From positions 77,047 to 141,046 of the forward strand of contig CAZDCG010000002.1 in NCBI GenBank assembly GCA_964503955.1: a DNA stretch of 64,000 nucleotides, in the 5' to 3' direction. Origin of the DNA: an uncultured Gammaproteobacteria bacterium. Its GTDB lineage: Bacteria > Patescibacteriota > Patescibacteriia > VMEV01 > CAYQCH01. Of the stretch, positions 57,243 to 64,000 are shown in pieces. The notes under the pieces were generated by a model, which was not told the origin of the DNA, did not search any database, and saw only the letters and a list, made by a program, of their open reading frames with translations. Each line of letters starts with the position of its first letter. Within the stretch, counting starts at the first letter, position 1. The translations under genes and the position numbers were made by a program.

Positions 57243-57285
57243 CGGGTTGATGTGTTAATGGGTTAACGCGTTAACTCGCCAACAC
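57243..57285. repeat. gttaa-rich repeat, copy 2 (gttaacgggttgatgtgttaatgggttaacgcgttaactcgccaac)
   Basis: Shares gtgttaatgggttaa and gttaactcgccaac with 14117-14190. Confidence 0.5.
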
Positions 57286-57388
57286 GTCATCCCGACCGGA
57301 GCGCAGTGAAGCGGAGGGATCCCCTCCCTTGGGATGAACATACTTTCTCCCAGAGATGAGATCCCTCGGCTGCGCTCGGGATGACAAG
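57286..57388. repeat. Two inverted copies of the F1 repeat (gatgagatccctc(c/g)gct.cg..cgggatgacgag) forming an about 100-nt palindrome over the 5' end of the cysteine desulfurase ORF
   Basis: Arms 57286-57321 and 57355-57388 are reverse complements with a few mismatches. Confidence 0.55.
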
Positions 57389-57394
57389 ACACTT

Positions 57395-58534
57395 ATGAAA
57401 AGAATCTACCTAGACCATGCAGCAGCAACTCCATTAGACCCTCTCGTCAAAGAGGCAATGCTGCCGTGGCTGGGCGAGGCATTTGGCAATCCGTCTTCCT
57501 TGCATCAGGAGGGGAAGGAGGCGCGCAATGCGGTTGAGCAGGCTCGTAAGACAATCGCGTCTCTCATCGGCGCTCAGGCATCTGAAATTGTCTTCACCGG
57601 TTCAGGAACGGAAAGCTGCAATCTGGCTATTCTTGGCGCGGCCGCCGCTCAACCTGAAAAGAAGCATGTCATTACGGCAAAAACTGAGCATCATGCCGTG
57701 CTTGAGCCCGTGAATATCCTTAAAGCGCGGGGATATGAAATCAGCTATGTCCCTGTTGACGACGAAGGCATGGTCAAGCCGCAGGACGTGGCGGCGCTTG
57801 TGCGTCCCGATACCTTGCTTGTCAGTCTGATGTTTGCCAACAATGAAGTCGGAACCATCCTGCCAATCAAAGAAATTACCCGCGCGGTAAAACAGGTGAA
57901 TCCTTCTGTGCTTGTGCATACGGATGCATGCCAGGCGGCAGGGTTGATTGAACTGCATGTACAAAAACTCGGTATTGATTTGCTTACGATCAATGCGGCC
58001 AAGCTCTATGGGCCAAAGGGGGCCGCGGCACTGTATGTGAAAAAGGGGACGGTTCTTTCGCCGCTGACTGCCGGAGGAAAACAGGAATCCGATTTGAGGG
58101 CCGGCACGGAGAATGTTGCGGCGATCGCGGGATTTGCAAAAGCATTTCAAATCGCTGAAGCACGCCGTGAAGAAGAGGCTGTTCGCCTGGCATCGCTGAG
58201 AGATGAGATGATGAACAAGCTTCTTGAAATCAAAGGAACCAAGTTGAATGGATCTCGAGTGCATCGTCTTGCCAATAACGTAAATATTTCCTTTGAAGAT
58301 CTTGAAGGAGAGGTGCTCGTTGTTTACCTCGATCAGAAAGGAATCGCCTGCTCAACAAGCGCCGCCTGCACAACCGGACAGGCGGAACCTTCCCATGTAC
58401 TTTTGGCGATGGGCAAAAGCAAAGCCTTGGCAAAAGGCGCTTTGCGGTTTACGCTGGGGCGGTCAACCACGCTTGATGATATTCATGAGACCATTGCCGC
58501 TCTTAAGGAGATAACCGCCCTGTTGCGCAAATGA
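57395..58534 (+). CDS. iscS: Cysteine desulfurase (IscS/NifS, class V aminotransferase)
   Basis: PLP-lysine region and SGGKQESDLRAGTENV motif. Catalytic Cys loop STSAACTTG. Confidence 0.85.
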   Translation: MKRIYLDHAAATPLDPLVKEAMLPWLGEAFGNPSSLHQEGKEARNAVEQARKTIASLIGAQASEIVFTGSGTESCNLAILGAAAAQPEKKHVITAKTEHHAVLEPVNILKARGYEISYVPVDDEGMVKPQDVAALVRPDTLLVSLMFANNEVGTILPIKEITRAVKQVNPSVLVHTDACQAAGLIELHVQKLGIDLLTINAAKLYGPKGAAALYVKKGTVLSPLTAGGKQESDLRAGTENVAAIAGFAKAFQIAEARREEEAVRLASLRDEMMNKLLEIKGTKLNGSRVHRLANNVNISFEDLEGEVLVVYLDQKGIACSTSAACTTGQAEPSHVLLAMGKSKALAKGALRFTLGRSTTLDDIHETIAALKEITALLRK

Positions 58535-58535
58535 T

Positions 58536-59162
58536 ATGAAAGGATGTCATCACAAACACGACAATGTTGACGGCATCGTGCGAAATGAGCCATGGTACGA
58601 TCATGAGCGGGATTTTGTGAAAGTCTGCCACTGTCATGACTGCGTGGACGGCAAAGCGGATCAGATCATGGATATATTGCGCAAGCATTTTTACAAAACA
58701 GACATGCAGCTTGTGGCTTGTCCAAGTCCCGGACGCTGCCACGAGGGGAATAATGTCGTGGTCAATGATGAGATTCTGATCATTTCTGACCCGTCCAGGG
58801 TGACGGAGATGGTTGACCGCAAGCTTGCCGAGCAGGCTGAGTACCGCCGGCTGCATCCTGAAGCGAAAAGGGAAGTGGTTAAAGTTTGTTTTGGCCCGAC
58901 CTGCGGTCCGCGTTACGCCAAAGACATTGAGGCAGTGTTGAAAAAACGCTTGCGAAAGGATGTGCGGCTCATGCGCTGCGGCTGCACGGGAAATTGCTCT
59001 AAGGCGAATAATGTGGTCGTCAACGGCAATATCATCAACAGGCAATCGCCGCTGCGGGTAGTAAATAATGTGGAAATGGAATTGAGCAGGCAGCGGCGCG
59101 AGCATCTGCGTAAATCAGGGCCAATTAGCCTCGACGAAGCGGAACAATTGCTGGGATTATAA
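58536..59162 (+). CDS. Protein with two thioredoxin-like [2Fe-2S] ferredoxin-like domains (NuoE-like Cys spacing)
   Basis: Domain 2: VCFGPTCGP ... CGCTGNCSKANNVVVNGNI. Domain 1: VCHCHDC ... ACPSPGRCHEGNNVVVNDEI. Internal repeat evident. Confidence 0.5.
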   Translation: MKGCHHKHDNVDGIVRNEPWYDHERDFVKVCHCHDCVDGKADQIMDILRKHFYKTDMQLVACPSPGRCHEGNNVVVNDEILIISDPSRVTEMVDRKLAEQAEYRRLHPEAKREVVKVCFGPTCGPRYAKDIEAVLKKRLRKDVRLMRCGCTGNCSKANNVVVNGNIINRQSPLRVVNNVEMELSRQRREHLRKSGPISLDEAEQLLGL

Positions 59163-59174
59163 GTTCGAGAACTT

Positions 59175-59244
59175 CCCCCGGCCCCCTCTTTTCTAGAGGG
59201 GGAATCAAACTCCCTCCCTAGAAAAGGGAGGGCCGGGGGGGGGG
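59175..59244 (+). other. GC-rich three-way-junction element: outer stem cccccgg/ccggggg enclosing hairpins ccccctc-ttttcta-gaggggg and ccctccc-tagaaaa-gggaggg, ending in a G10 run
   Basis: All three helices are perfect 7-bp complements in the sequence. Confidence 0.45.
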
Positions 59245-59255
59245 CTTCAATCATT

Positions 59256-59576
59256 ATGGTACGTCTCTACGAATTCAATGAAGTGCATGAATGCAAGACA
59301 TGCGGACTGATGATCCGTGTGACACTTGCCGCCGTGCCGATTGAACCTGTGTCCTGCTGCGGGCAGATTATGGAATTCCTGGGCATCAAAGAAACAAATG
59401 AAGAATTGGATCTCACACCGATGGAACCTCCAGAACAGGCTCTGGAACAGGTTTATGAAACAGGGCAAACTTACTGGTGTAATACTTGCGGACTTGAAGT
59501 GACGGTGATTCGCCGGGCGCAGCCGATTGAAGCGCTTGATTGCTGCGGAGAGGGCATGGAGTTATTAGAGACATGA
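59256..59576 (+). CDS. Tandem desulforedoxin-like (Dx, Fe(Cys)4) domain protein
   Basis: Two copies of CxxCG-x(14-17)-CCG: ECKTCGLMIRV ... SCCGQIMEFL, and WCNTCGLEVTV ... DCCGEGMELL. Confidence 0.6.
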   Translation: MVRLYEFNEVHECKTCGLMIRVTLAAVPIEPVSCCGQIMEFLGIKETNEELDLTPMEPPEQALEQVYETGQTYWCNTCGLEVTVIRRAQPIEALDCCGEGMELLET

Positions 59577-59596
59577 TACTCAAACTGTTTTAGTGG

Positions 59597-59714
59597 GGAG
59601 GGGTACGAATCACAAATCTGTTACGAATCTACAAATATCCTGATAAGTCTGTTGATTAAAAAATCAACTTGTAGAATGATTCGTAAATTTGTATACGATT
59701 CGTGATTTGTACCC
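59597..59714. mobile_element. MITE-like element, copy 2 (about 120 bp; same 35-bp TIRs; 45-bp core with perfect hairpin gttgatt-aaaaa-aatcaac)
   Basis: TIRs GGTACGAATCACAAATCTGTTACGAATCTACAAAT / ATTCGTAAATTTGTATACGATTCGTGATTTGTACC. Confidence 0.5.
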
Positions 59715-59734
59715 TTAGTCATTAACTAACTCAT

Positions 59735-60280
59735 ATGGAAGAAGATATCTTCGTTTCAACAAATCGGCTTGTCGGCCGTCAGGCTCCGACCTGGAAAATG
59801 GAAGGAGCGCATAACGGTGAATTTCACACCTATACGCTTGAAGATTATAAAGGGAAGTGGCTGGTCATGTTCTTTTACCCGCTGGACTTCACCTTTGTCT
59901 GCCCGACAGAAATCCAGGGCTTCAGCAAAGAGTACGAAAAGTTCAAGGAGCTGAATGCCGAAGTCGTTGGTATTTCAACCGACTCTGTCCACTCACATAA
60001 GGCGTGGATTGAACGAGATTTCAAGAATAGCTTGAATATTCCTCTTCTGAGCGACATCACCAAAGATGTTTCATACGACTATGGCGTTTTGCTTGAAGAT
60101 GAAGGAATCGCGCTTCGCGGAACCTTTATCATCGATCCGGAAGGCGTGATGCGCTATCAGGTTGTGTCTGACAATAATGTCGGCCGATCTGTGAGCGAAA
60201 CCTTGCGCGTACTTAAGGCATTGCAGACTGGCAAACTCTGTCCGATTGACTGGGAAGAGGGGCAGGAGACGTTGAACTAG
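59735..60280 (+). CDS. Peroxiredoxin (AhpC/TSA, typical 2-Cys)
   Basis: FTFVCPTEI peroxidatic Cys motif. Resolving Cys near the C-terminus (KLCPIDW). Confidence 0.9.
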   Translation: MEEDIFVSTNRLVGRQAPTWKMEGAHNGEFHTYTLEDYKGKWLVMFFYPLDFTFVCPTEIQGFSKEYEKFKELNAEVVGISTDSVHSHKAWIERDFKNSLNIPLLSDITKDVSYDYGVLLEDEGIALRGTFIIDPEGVMRYQVVSDNNVGRSVSETLRVLKALQTGKLCPIDWEEGQETLN

Positions 60281-60320
60281 GTTGCCCACCCTTTGCTGCG
60301 CAGCTGTGGTGCTCGTATTT

Positions 60321-60350
60321 CCCCTCCCAATGCTGGGAGGGGATTTTGTT
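60321..60350 (+). terminator. Rho-independent terminator cccctccca-atgc-tgggagggg plus attttgttg
   Basis: 9-bp GC stem and T-rich tail after the peroxiredoxin gene. Confidence 0.7.
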
Positions 60351-60468
60351 GTCGAGTTTTACGTGAATATGATTAAATAGAAATTTTAGTGATGTCATTT
60401 TCGTGAAAACAAATCTAGGACTGGGTTCTCGTCTTCGCGGAATGGCGGTGATGAGTTTTACAGCCAGC

Positions 60469-60502
60469 GATGAGATCCCTCCGCTCCGGTCGGGATGACG
60501 AG
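60469..60502. repeat. F1 repeat copy (gatgagatccctccgctccggtcgggatgacgag)
   Basis: Matches 57355-57388 and 61365-61427. Confidence 0.55.
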
Positions 60503-60522
60503 CTGAAAGTCTGGACGCCTTG

Positions 60523-60538
60523 CCTGCCGGCCGGCAGG
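60523..60538. promoter_or_regulatory. Perfect 16-bp palindrome CCTGCCGGCCGGCAGG 18 nt upstream of ung
   Basis: Seen in sequence. Related string cggccggcaggccgg at about 61312. Confidence 0.3.
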
Positions 60539-60555
60539 TTTGGTAACGTCTAGGC

Positions 60556-61218
60556 ATGAACGTCCATATCGATCCAACTTGGAAGGAGCTTCTTGCCGGT
60601 GAGTTTGAAAAGCAGTATTTTCAGCAGTTGGCTGATTTTGTTCGGCAGGAATATACATCTACCATCATTTATCCGCCCCCAAAGCAAATCTTTGCGGCTT
60701 TTGATTATTGCCCATTCGACCGCGTCCGCGTGGTTATTCTCGGGCAGGATCCGTATCATGGGCCAAATCAGGCAAATGGGCTTTGTTTTTCGGTACGCGA
60801 TGAAGTCCGCATACCGCCGTCTTTGCAAAATATCTACAAGGAAATCGAAAGCGATCTTGGCGTGCCTTGTCCGCCATCCGGCAATCTTGAACGATGGGCG
60901 GAACAGGGAGTGCTTCTCTTAAACGCGACCTTGACCGTCCGGGCCGGGCAGGCGGGATCGCATCAGGGAAAAGGCTGGGAGGAGTTTACCGATGCCGCGA
61001 TCAAAAAAATCTCGGAGGAGAAGGAGCATGTTGTCTTTCTGCTTTGGGGAGCTTATGCCCAGAGAAAGGGGCAGGTGATTGACGTATCAAAGCATCTGGT
61101 GTTGAAAGCGCCGCATCCTTCGCCATTTTCAGCTGCCAGCGGATTCTTTGGCTGTAAGCATTTTTCACAAACGAATAACTATCTTGCCGAGCATGGGTTT
61201 GAGTCGATTAGGTGGTAG
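60556..61218 (+). CDS. ung: Uracil-DNA glycosylase, family 1
   Basis: GQDPYH, LLLNATLTV and HPSPFSA motifs. Confidence 0.9.
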   Translation: MNVHIDPTWKELLAGEFEKQYFQQLADFVRQEYTSTIIYPPPKQIFAAFDYCPFDRVRVVILGQDPYHGPNQANGLCFSVRDEVRIPPSLQNIYKEIESDLGVPCPPSGNLERWAEQGVLLLNATLTVRAGQAGSHQGKGWEEFTDAAIKKISEEKEHVVFLLWGAYAQRKGQVIDVSKHLVLKAPHPSPFSAASGFFGCKHFSQTNNYLAEHGFESIRW

Positions 61219-61364
61219 GGGGGTAAGCGTTGCCAAACCGAGCAGACGAGTTAAACGTTGCCCAACTTTCTAAAAGAATGTTGGACGACGTTTGGGAACA
61301 TTTGGTACGTTTTCGGCCGGCAGGCCGGGGGCATCTCTTAAGATAAATACTTCTGAACAAGCCT

Positions 61365-61427
61365 TTCCGTGAATGATGAGATCCCTCCGCTGCGTTCATT
61401 TCGCTATCGCTTCATTCACTCCGGTCG
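61365..61427. repeat. F1 repeat copy with a 29-nt insertion (itself an inverted repeat gtgaatga/tcattcac) in its loop
   Basis: gatgagatccctccgc ... ccggtcgggatgacgag. Confidence 0.5.
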
Positions 61428-61448
61428 GGATGACGAGGAGAGGGGGGG

Positions 61449-61487
61449 CTGTGAGTCTGACAAGTCTGTTATCTCTGGTGCGTCTCC
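61449..61487. repeat. GTCTG-pentamer family copy (ctgtgagtctgacaagtctgtt ... ggtgcgtctcc)
   Basis: Identical 20-mer at 63800-63820. Confidence 0.55.
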
Positions 61488-61616
61488 GCGATAGCGGCTG
61501 GTTATCCACAGGTCTTGCGATAAGAACCATTTTTGACTATATTTCGCACATTTGGAAGGGGCGCGGTGCTGTGTTAAAATGCAAGCACTTTGAAGGCAGA
61601 GCTCAACCTTCTTGAG

Positions 61617-61665
61617 TCACAACATATTGTGCTATACTAACCTCGCGACCACCAATATATAGTGT
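61617..61665 (+). promoter_or_regulatory. nrdJ promoter (-10 TATACT 61633-61638) bracketed by two NrdR-box-like palindromes (tCACAACATATTGTGc at 61617-61632; CACCAATATATAGTGT at 61650-61665), centres 33 bp apart
   Basis: Both match the 16-bp NrdR consensus acaCwAtATaTwGtgt at 13-14 of 16 positions. Confidence 0.5.
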
Positions 61666-61926
61666 CTCGGGGGAGCAAGCCAGATCGAGAAAGGACTTCC
61701 AAATCATGGATTTAGTGAAATGTCGTCCCCCGATGTGGTTTTTATTTTGTTCGGATGCTGAAATCGGCGCATTTCTTCGTCAGAATCTGCAGTGCTCCTC
61801 AGCGTACATTCCGGTACGCCTCGTGCGCGCTTCAATTCTTCCTTGAACTGCCTCCGATTTGAGAATCCGAATGGATGCAAACCTTTTATCTACGCTTTTA
61901 CCTCCTAAAAAGAGACAAAAAGATCT

Positions 61927-63753
61927 ATGACCGCTGCGCCTCCCAATACCTATCCAACTTCCGCCACTGATCTTGATTTACAGCCAAAGCGAAAAGAAAT
62001 TCCATTAAGCGAAACGGCGCGCGTTGTTGCTGAAAAACGTTATTTGCGAACGGATGAAAACGGAAAGGTGGTTGAAACCGTGTATGACATGTTCAAGCGC
62101 GTGGCCGACAATATCGCGTCCGGCGACAAACTCTACGGAGCCACCGACGAACAGGTCGCGCAGGTTGCGCAGGACTTTTTAGACATGCAGGTGAATTTGG
62201 AATTTCTCGCGGGCATGACCCTGCGAAATGCCGGCCGCGAGCTTCAGCAGCTTTCGGCTTGTTATGTTTTGCCCATGGAAGATTCCATGGACTCTATTTA
62301 CACCACCTTAAAGAACGCGGCGAAACTCCATAAAACCGGGGCGGGGATCGGATATGACTTTTCAAAGCTTCGTCCAAAGAACGCGGTGGTAAAAACAACC
62401 GGAGGGAAATCCTGCGGTCCGGTTGGCTTTATGAAACTGATCGAATTCTCCTGCGCGACCATCGTCAATTCCGCGGCAACGCGCCGGGCGGGGAACATGG
62501 GAATTCTGCGCATCGATCATCCTGATATCGATGAATTCTTATCCGTGAAGGAAGACAATACGCAGTTGAATAATTTCAATATTTCCGTGAATGGAACCGA
62601 CGCATTCATGAAAGCGGTCAAGGAAGGAACCACCTATGACCTGATCGAACCCAATACCGGACGCGTGGTTGAACAGCGCGACGCGCGGGCGATGTTCCGC
62701 CGCATTTGTGAAAAAGCGTGGCGTTCCGCCGAACCGGGGCTGATCTTCTTTGACCAGGTAAATCGCTTTAATCCAACCCCGCAGCTTGGTCCGATGACCG
62801 CGACCAATCAATGCGGCGAACAGCCTCTGTTCCCGTATGAAGCCTGCAATCTCGGCTCTTTGGTTCTTTCCCGCATGCTGCGCAAGCGCGCGGACGGCAC
62901 AAGTGAAATCGACTGGGAGAAAATGGAAGACCGCGTGCGCAAAGCCGTGCATTTCCTTGACAATACCATCGACCTGAACAATTACCCGCTTGAAGAGTTG
63001 CGCAAGATGAATCATGCCAACCGCCGCATCGGTCTTGGTGTGATGGGCTTTGCCGACATGCTGGTTGAGCTTGGTATTCCATTCAACTCGGAAGAAGCGG
63101 TGAAAACAGCCGAAGTGGTCATGAAGTTTATCCAGGAAAAGAGCCATGACGAAAGCCGTCGATTAGCGCGCGAACGCGGAAGCTTCCCGAACTTTAAAGG
63201 CAGCCGCTGGGAAAAGCTCGGCTATCCTGAAATGCGCAATGCGACCGTTACCACCATCGCGCCAACGGGGACGACCAGTATTTTTGCCGGCTGCTCTTCA
63301 GGCATTGAGCCGATTTTCTCGCTGGTGTATATCCGCAAGAATATTCTGGATCAGGACAAAGATTCCTTCATGGAAGTGCATCCGCTCTTTGAACAGAAAT
63401 GCAAAGAGCGCTGGATTTTCAGCCGCGAGCTGATGGAACGCGTGGCGGAACATGGATCTCTCAAAGAGGTGGACAGCATCCCTGACGATCTCAAGCGCGT
63501 CTTTGTGACTTCGCATGATATCGCACCGGAATGGCATGTAAAAATCCAGGCCGCGTTCCAGAAATATACGGACAATGCGGTATCAAAGACCGTGAATATG
63601 CCGAATGAATCAACAATTGAGGACGTAGAACGCGTCTATATGATGGCGTATGAAACCGGCTGCAAGGGCATTACGATTTACCGAGACGGAAGCAGAGATA
63701 AACAGGTACTGAATTTGGTGAAGAAAAGTGACAAAGTTGAAGTCAAGACGTAA
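61927..63753 (+). CDS. nrdJ: Ribonucleotide reductase class II (adenosylcobalamin-dependent, monomeric NrdJ type)
   Basis: Catalytic-site blocks SCYVLPMEDSM, NQCGEQPLFPYEACNLGSL and the C-terminal region of the RNR PFL-like fold. 608 aa. Confidence 0.85.
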   Translation: MTAAPPNTYPTSATDLDLQPKRKEIPLSETARVVAEKRYLRTDENGKVVETVYDMFKRVADNIASGDKLYGATDEQVAQVAQDFLDMQVNLEFLAGMTLRNAGRELQQLSACYVLPMEDSMDSIYTTLKNAAKLHKTGAGIGYDFSKLRPKNAVVKTTGGKSCGPVGFMKLIEFSCATIVNSAATRRAGNMGILRIDHPDIDEFLSVKEDNTQLNNFNISVNGTDAFMKAVKEGTTYDLIEPNTGRVVEQRDARAMFRRICEKAWRSAEPGLIFFDQVNRFNPTPQLGPMTATNQCGEQPLFPYEACNLGSLVLSRMLRKRADGTSEIDWEKMEDRVRKAVHFLDNTIDLNNYPLEELRKMNHANRRIGLGVMGFADMLVELGIPFNSEEAVKTAEVVMKFIQEKSHDESRRLARERGSFPNFKGSRWEKLGYPEMRNATVTTIAPTGTTSIFAGCSSGIEPIFSLVYIRKNILDQDKDSFMEVHPLFEQKCKERWIFSRELMERVAEHGSLKEVDSIPDDLKRVFVTSHDIAPEWHVKIQAAFQKYTDNAVSKTVNMPNESTIEDVERVYMMAYETGCKGITIYRDGSRDKQVLNLVKKSDKVEVKT

Positions 63754-63754
63754 C

Positions 63755-63836
63755 AGACACATAGACTCTCCAGACGCACAGACGGTTTCCAACAAACTCT
63801 GTGAGTCTGACAAGTCTGTAATGTCTGTGAGTCTTT
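63755..63836. repeat. Cluster of 7-8 GTCTG/CAGAC pentamers arranged as an imperfect inverted repeat between the two RNR genes
   Basis: cagacacatagactctccagacgcacagac ... tgtgagtctgacaagtctgtaatgtctgtgagtct. Confidence 0.55.
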
Positions 63837-63909
63837 CCCTATAGATCCCTAAGAGCTGCTCAATTCAAAAACAAAGATAAATCACCTAAGCTTGTCGTGA
63901 ACAAATCCT

Positions 63910-64000
63910 ATGACCGCCAAACAAATCATGTCCAAAGTCAAACCGAAACTTGCCGAACAGTCGCTGGCTGTTGCGCAGAAACGTTACATGCGTACTGACG
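63910..64000 (+). CDS. Second class II RNR paralog, N-terminal 30 codons only (runs off the window)
   Basis: MTAKQIMSKVKPKLAEQSLAVAQKRYMRTD parallels the nrdJ N-terminus ETARVVAEKRYLRTDENG. Confidence 0.55.
   Translation, partial: MTAKQIMSKVKPKLAEQSLAVAQKRYMRTD

Noticed and set aside
61502-61510. Perfect DnaA box TTATCCACA
   Set aside because: It is a single 9-mer with no cluster of further boxes, no AT-rich unwinding element and no dnaA/dnaN nearby. Roughly one such hit is expected by chance in 64 kb over both strands.
61373-61615. 80-aa ORF in the ung-nrdJ intergenic region
   Set aside because: It is composed almost entirely of F1/F2 repeat sequence, with no SD and no motif.
61620-61926. 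Cobalamin riboswitch upstream of the B12-dependent RNR
   Set aside because: No B12-box (GCCACUG-like) element was seen. B12 riboswitches normally control B12-independent isozymes or transporters, not B12-dependent enzymes.

Overview
This 64-kb window is a gene-dense chromosomal segment of about 50% GC, with genes on both strands and many 4-nt start/stop overlaps. The left 20 kb carries housekeeping genes: scpB, a D-Ala-D-Ala carboxypeptidase, tpiA, one tRNA-Thr, fbp, a class I aldolase, dus, cysS, and the prmC-prfA-rpmE unit. It also carries an AlkD-like glycosylase, an O-methyltransferase, a fused tandem-LOG protein, uppS and queA. The centre (24.3-41.4 kb) is the ribosomal-protein cluster. 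It is oddly organised: a secreted repeat protein sits between fusA and tuf, a 330-nt leader-like spacer separates rpsJ from rplC, there is no L30 gene, S14 is the Zn-ribbon type, and L3, L22, L23 and L31 carry tail extensions. The right third carries gabD-like and TPP enzymes on the opposite strand, adk, map, ruvX, recO, ndh, a metal ABC transporter, an ECF sigma/anti-sigma pair and uvrD. It then has a PerR/Fur-type oxidative-stress cluster (regulator, cysteine desulfurase, ferredoxin-like protein, tandem-desulforedoxin protein, peroxiredoxin), ung, and two class II RNR genes in tandem preceded by NrdR boxes. The missing L30 plus a four-helix-bundle protein suggest a Candidate Phyla Radiation (Patescibacteria)-like organism (inference only). 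No CRISPR array, integrase, transposase or rRNA was found. The unannotated signal is mostly non-coding. (a) One intergenic unit has a consensus promoter, a pseudoknot-capable 75-nt stretch and a 14-bp/T7 terminator; it looks like an sRNA or riboswitch-like leader. (b) A MITE-like family has 35-bp terminal inverted repeats (two copies). (c) At least four more families of short dispersed or hairpin repeats occur, including GTCTG-pentamer clusters upstream of DNA-metabolism genes. (d) The rplC, tuf and rpsL leaders each hold a promoter followed by an intrinsic-terminator hairpin (attenuator-like). Several high-GC (58-62%) ORFan islets also stand out: an overlapping two-gene module, and a pair of inverted paralogous lipoprotein genes (one frameshifted) flanking rpmB.
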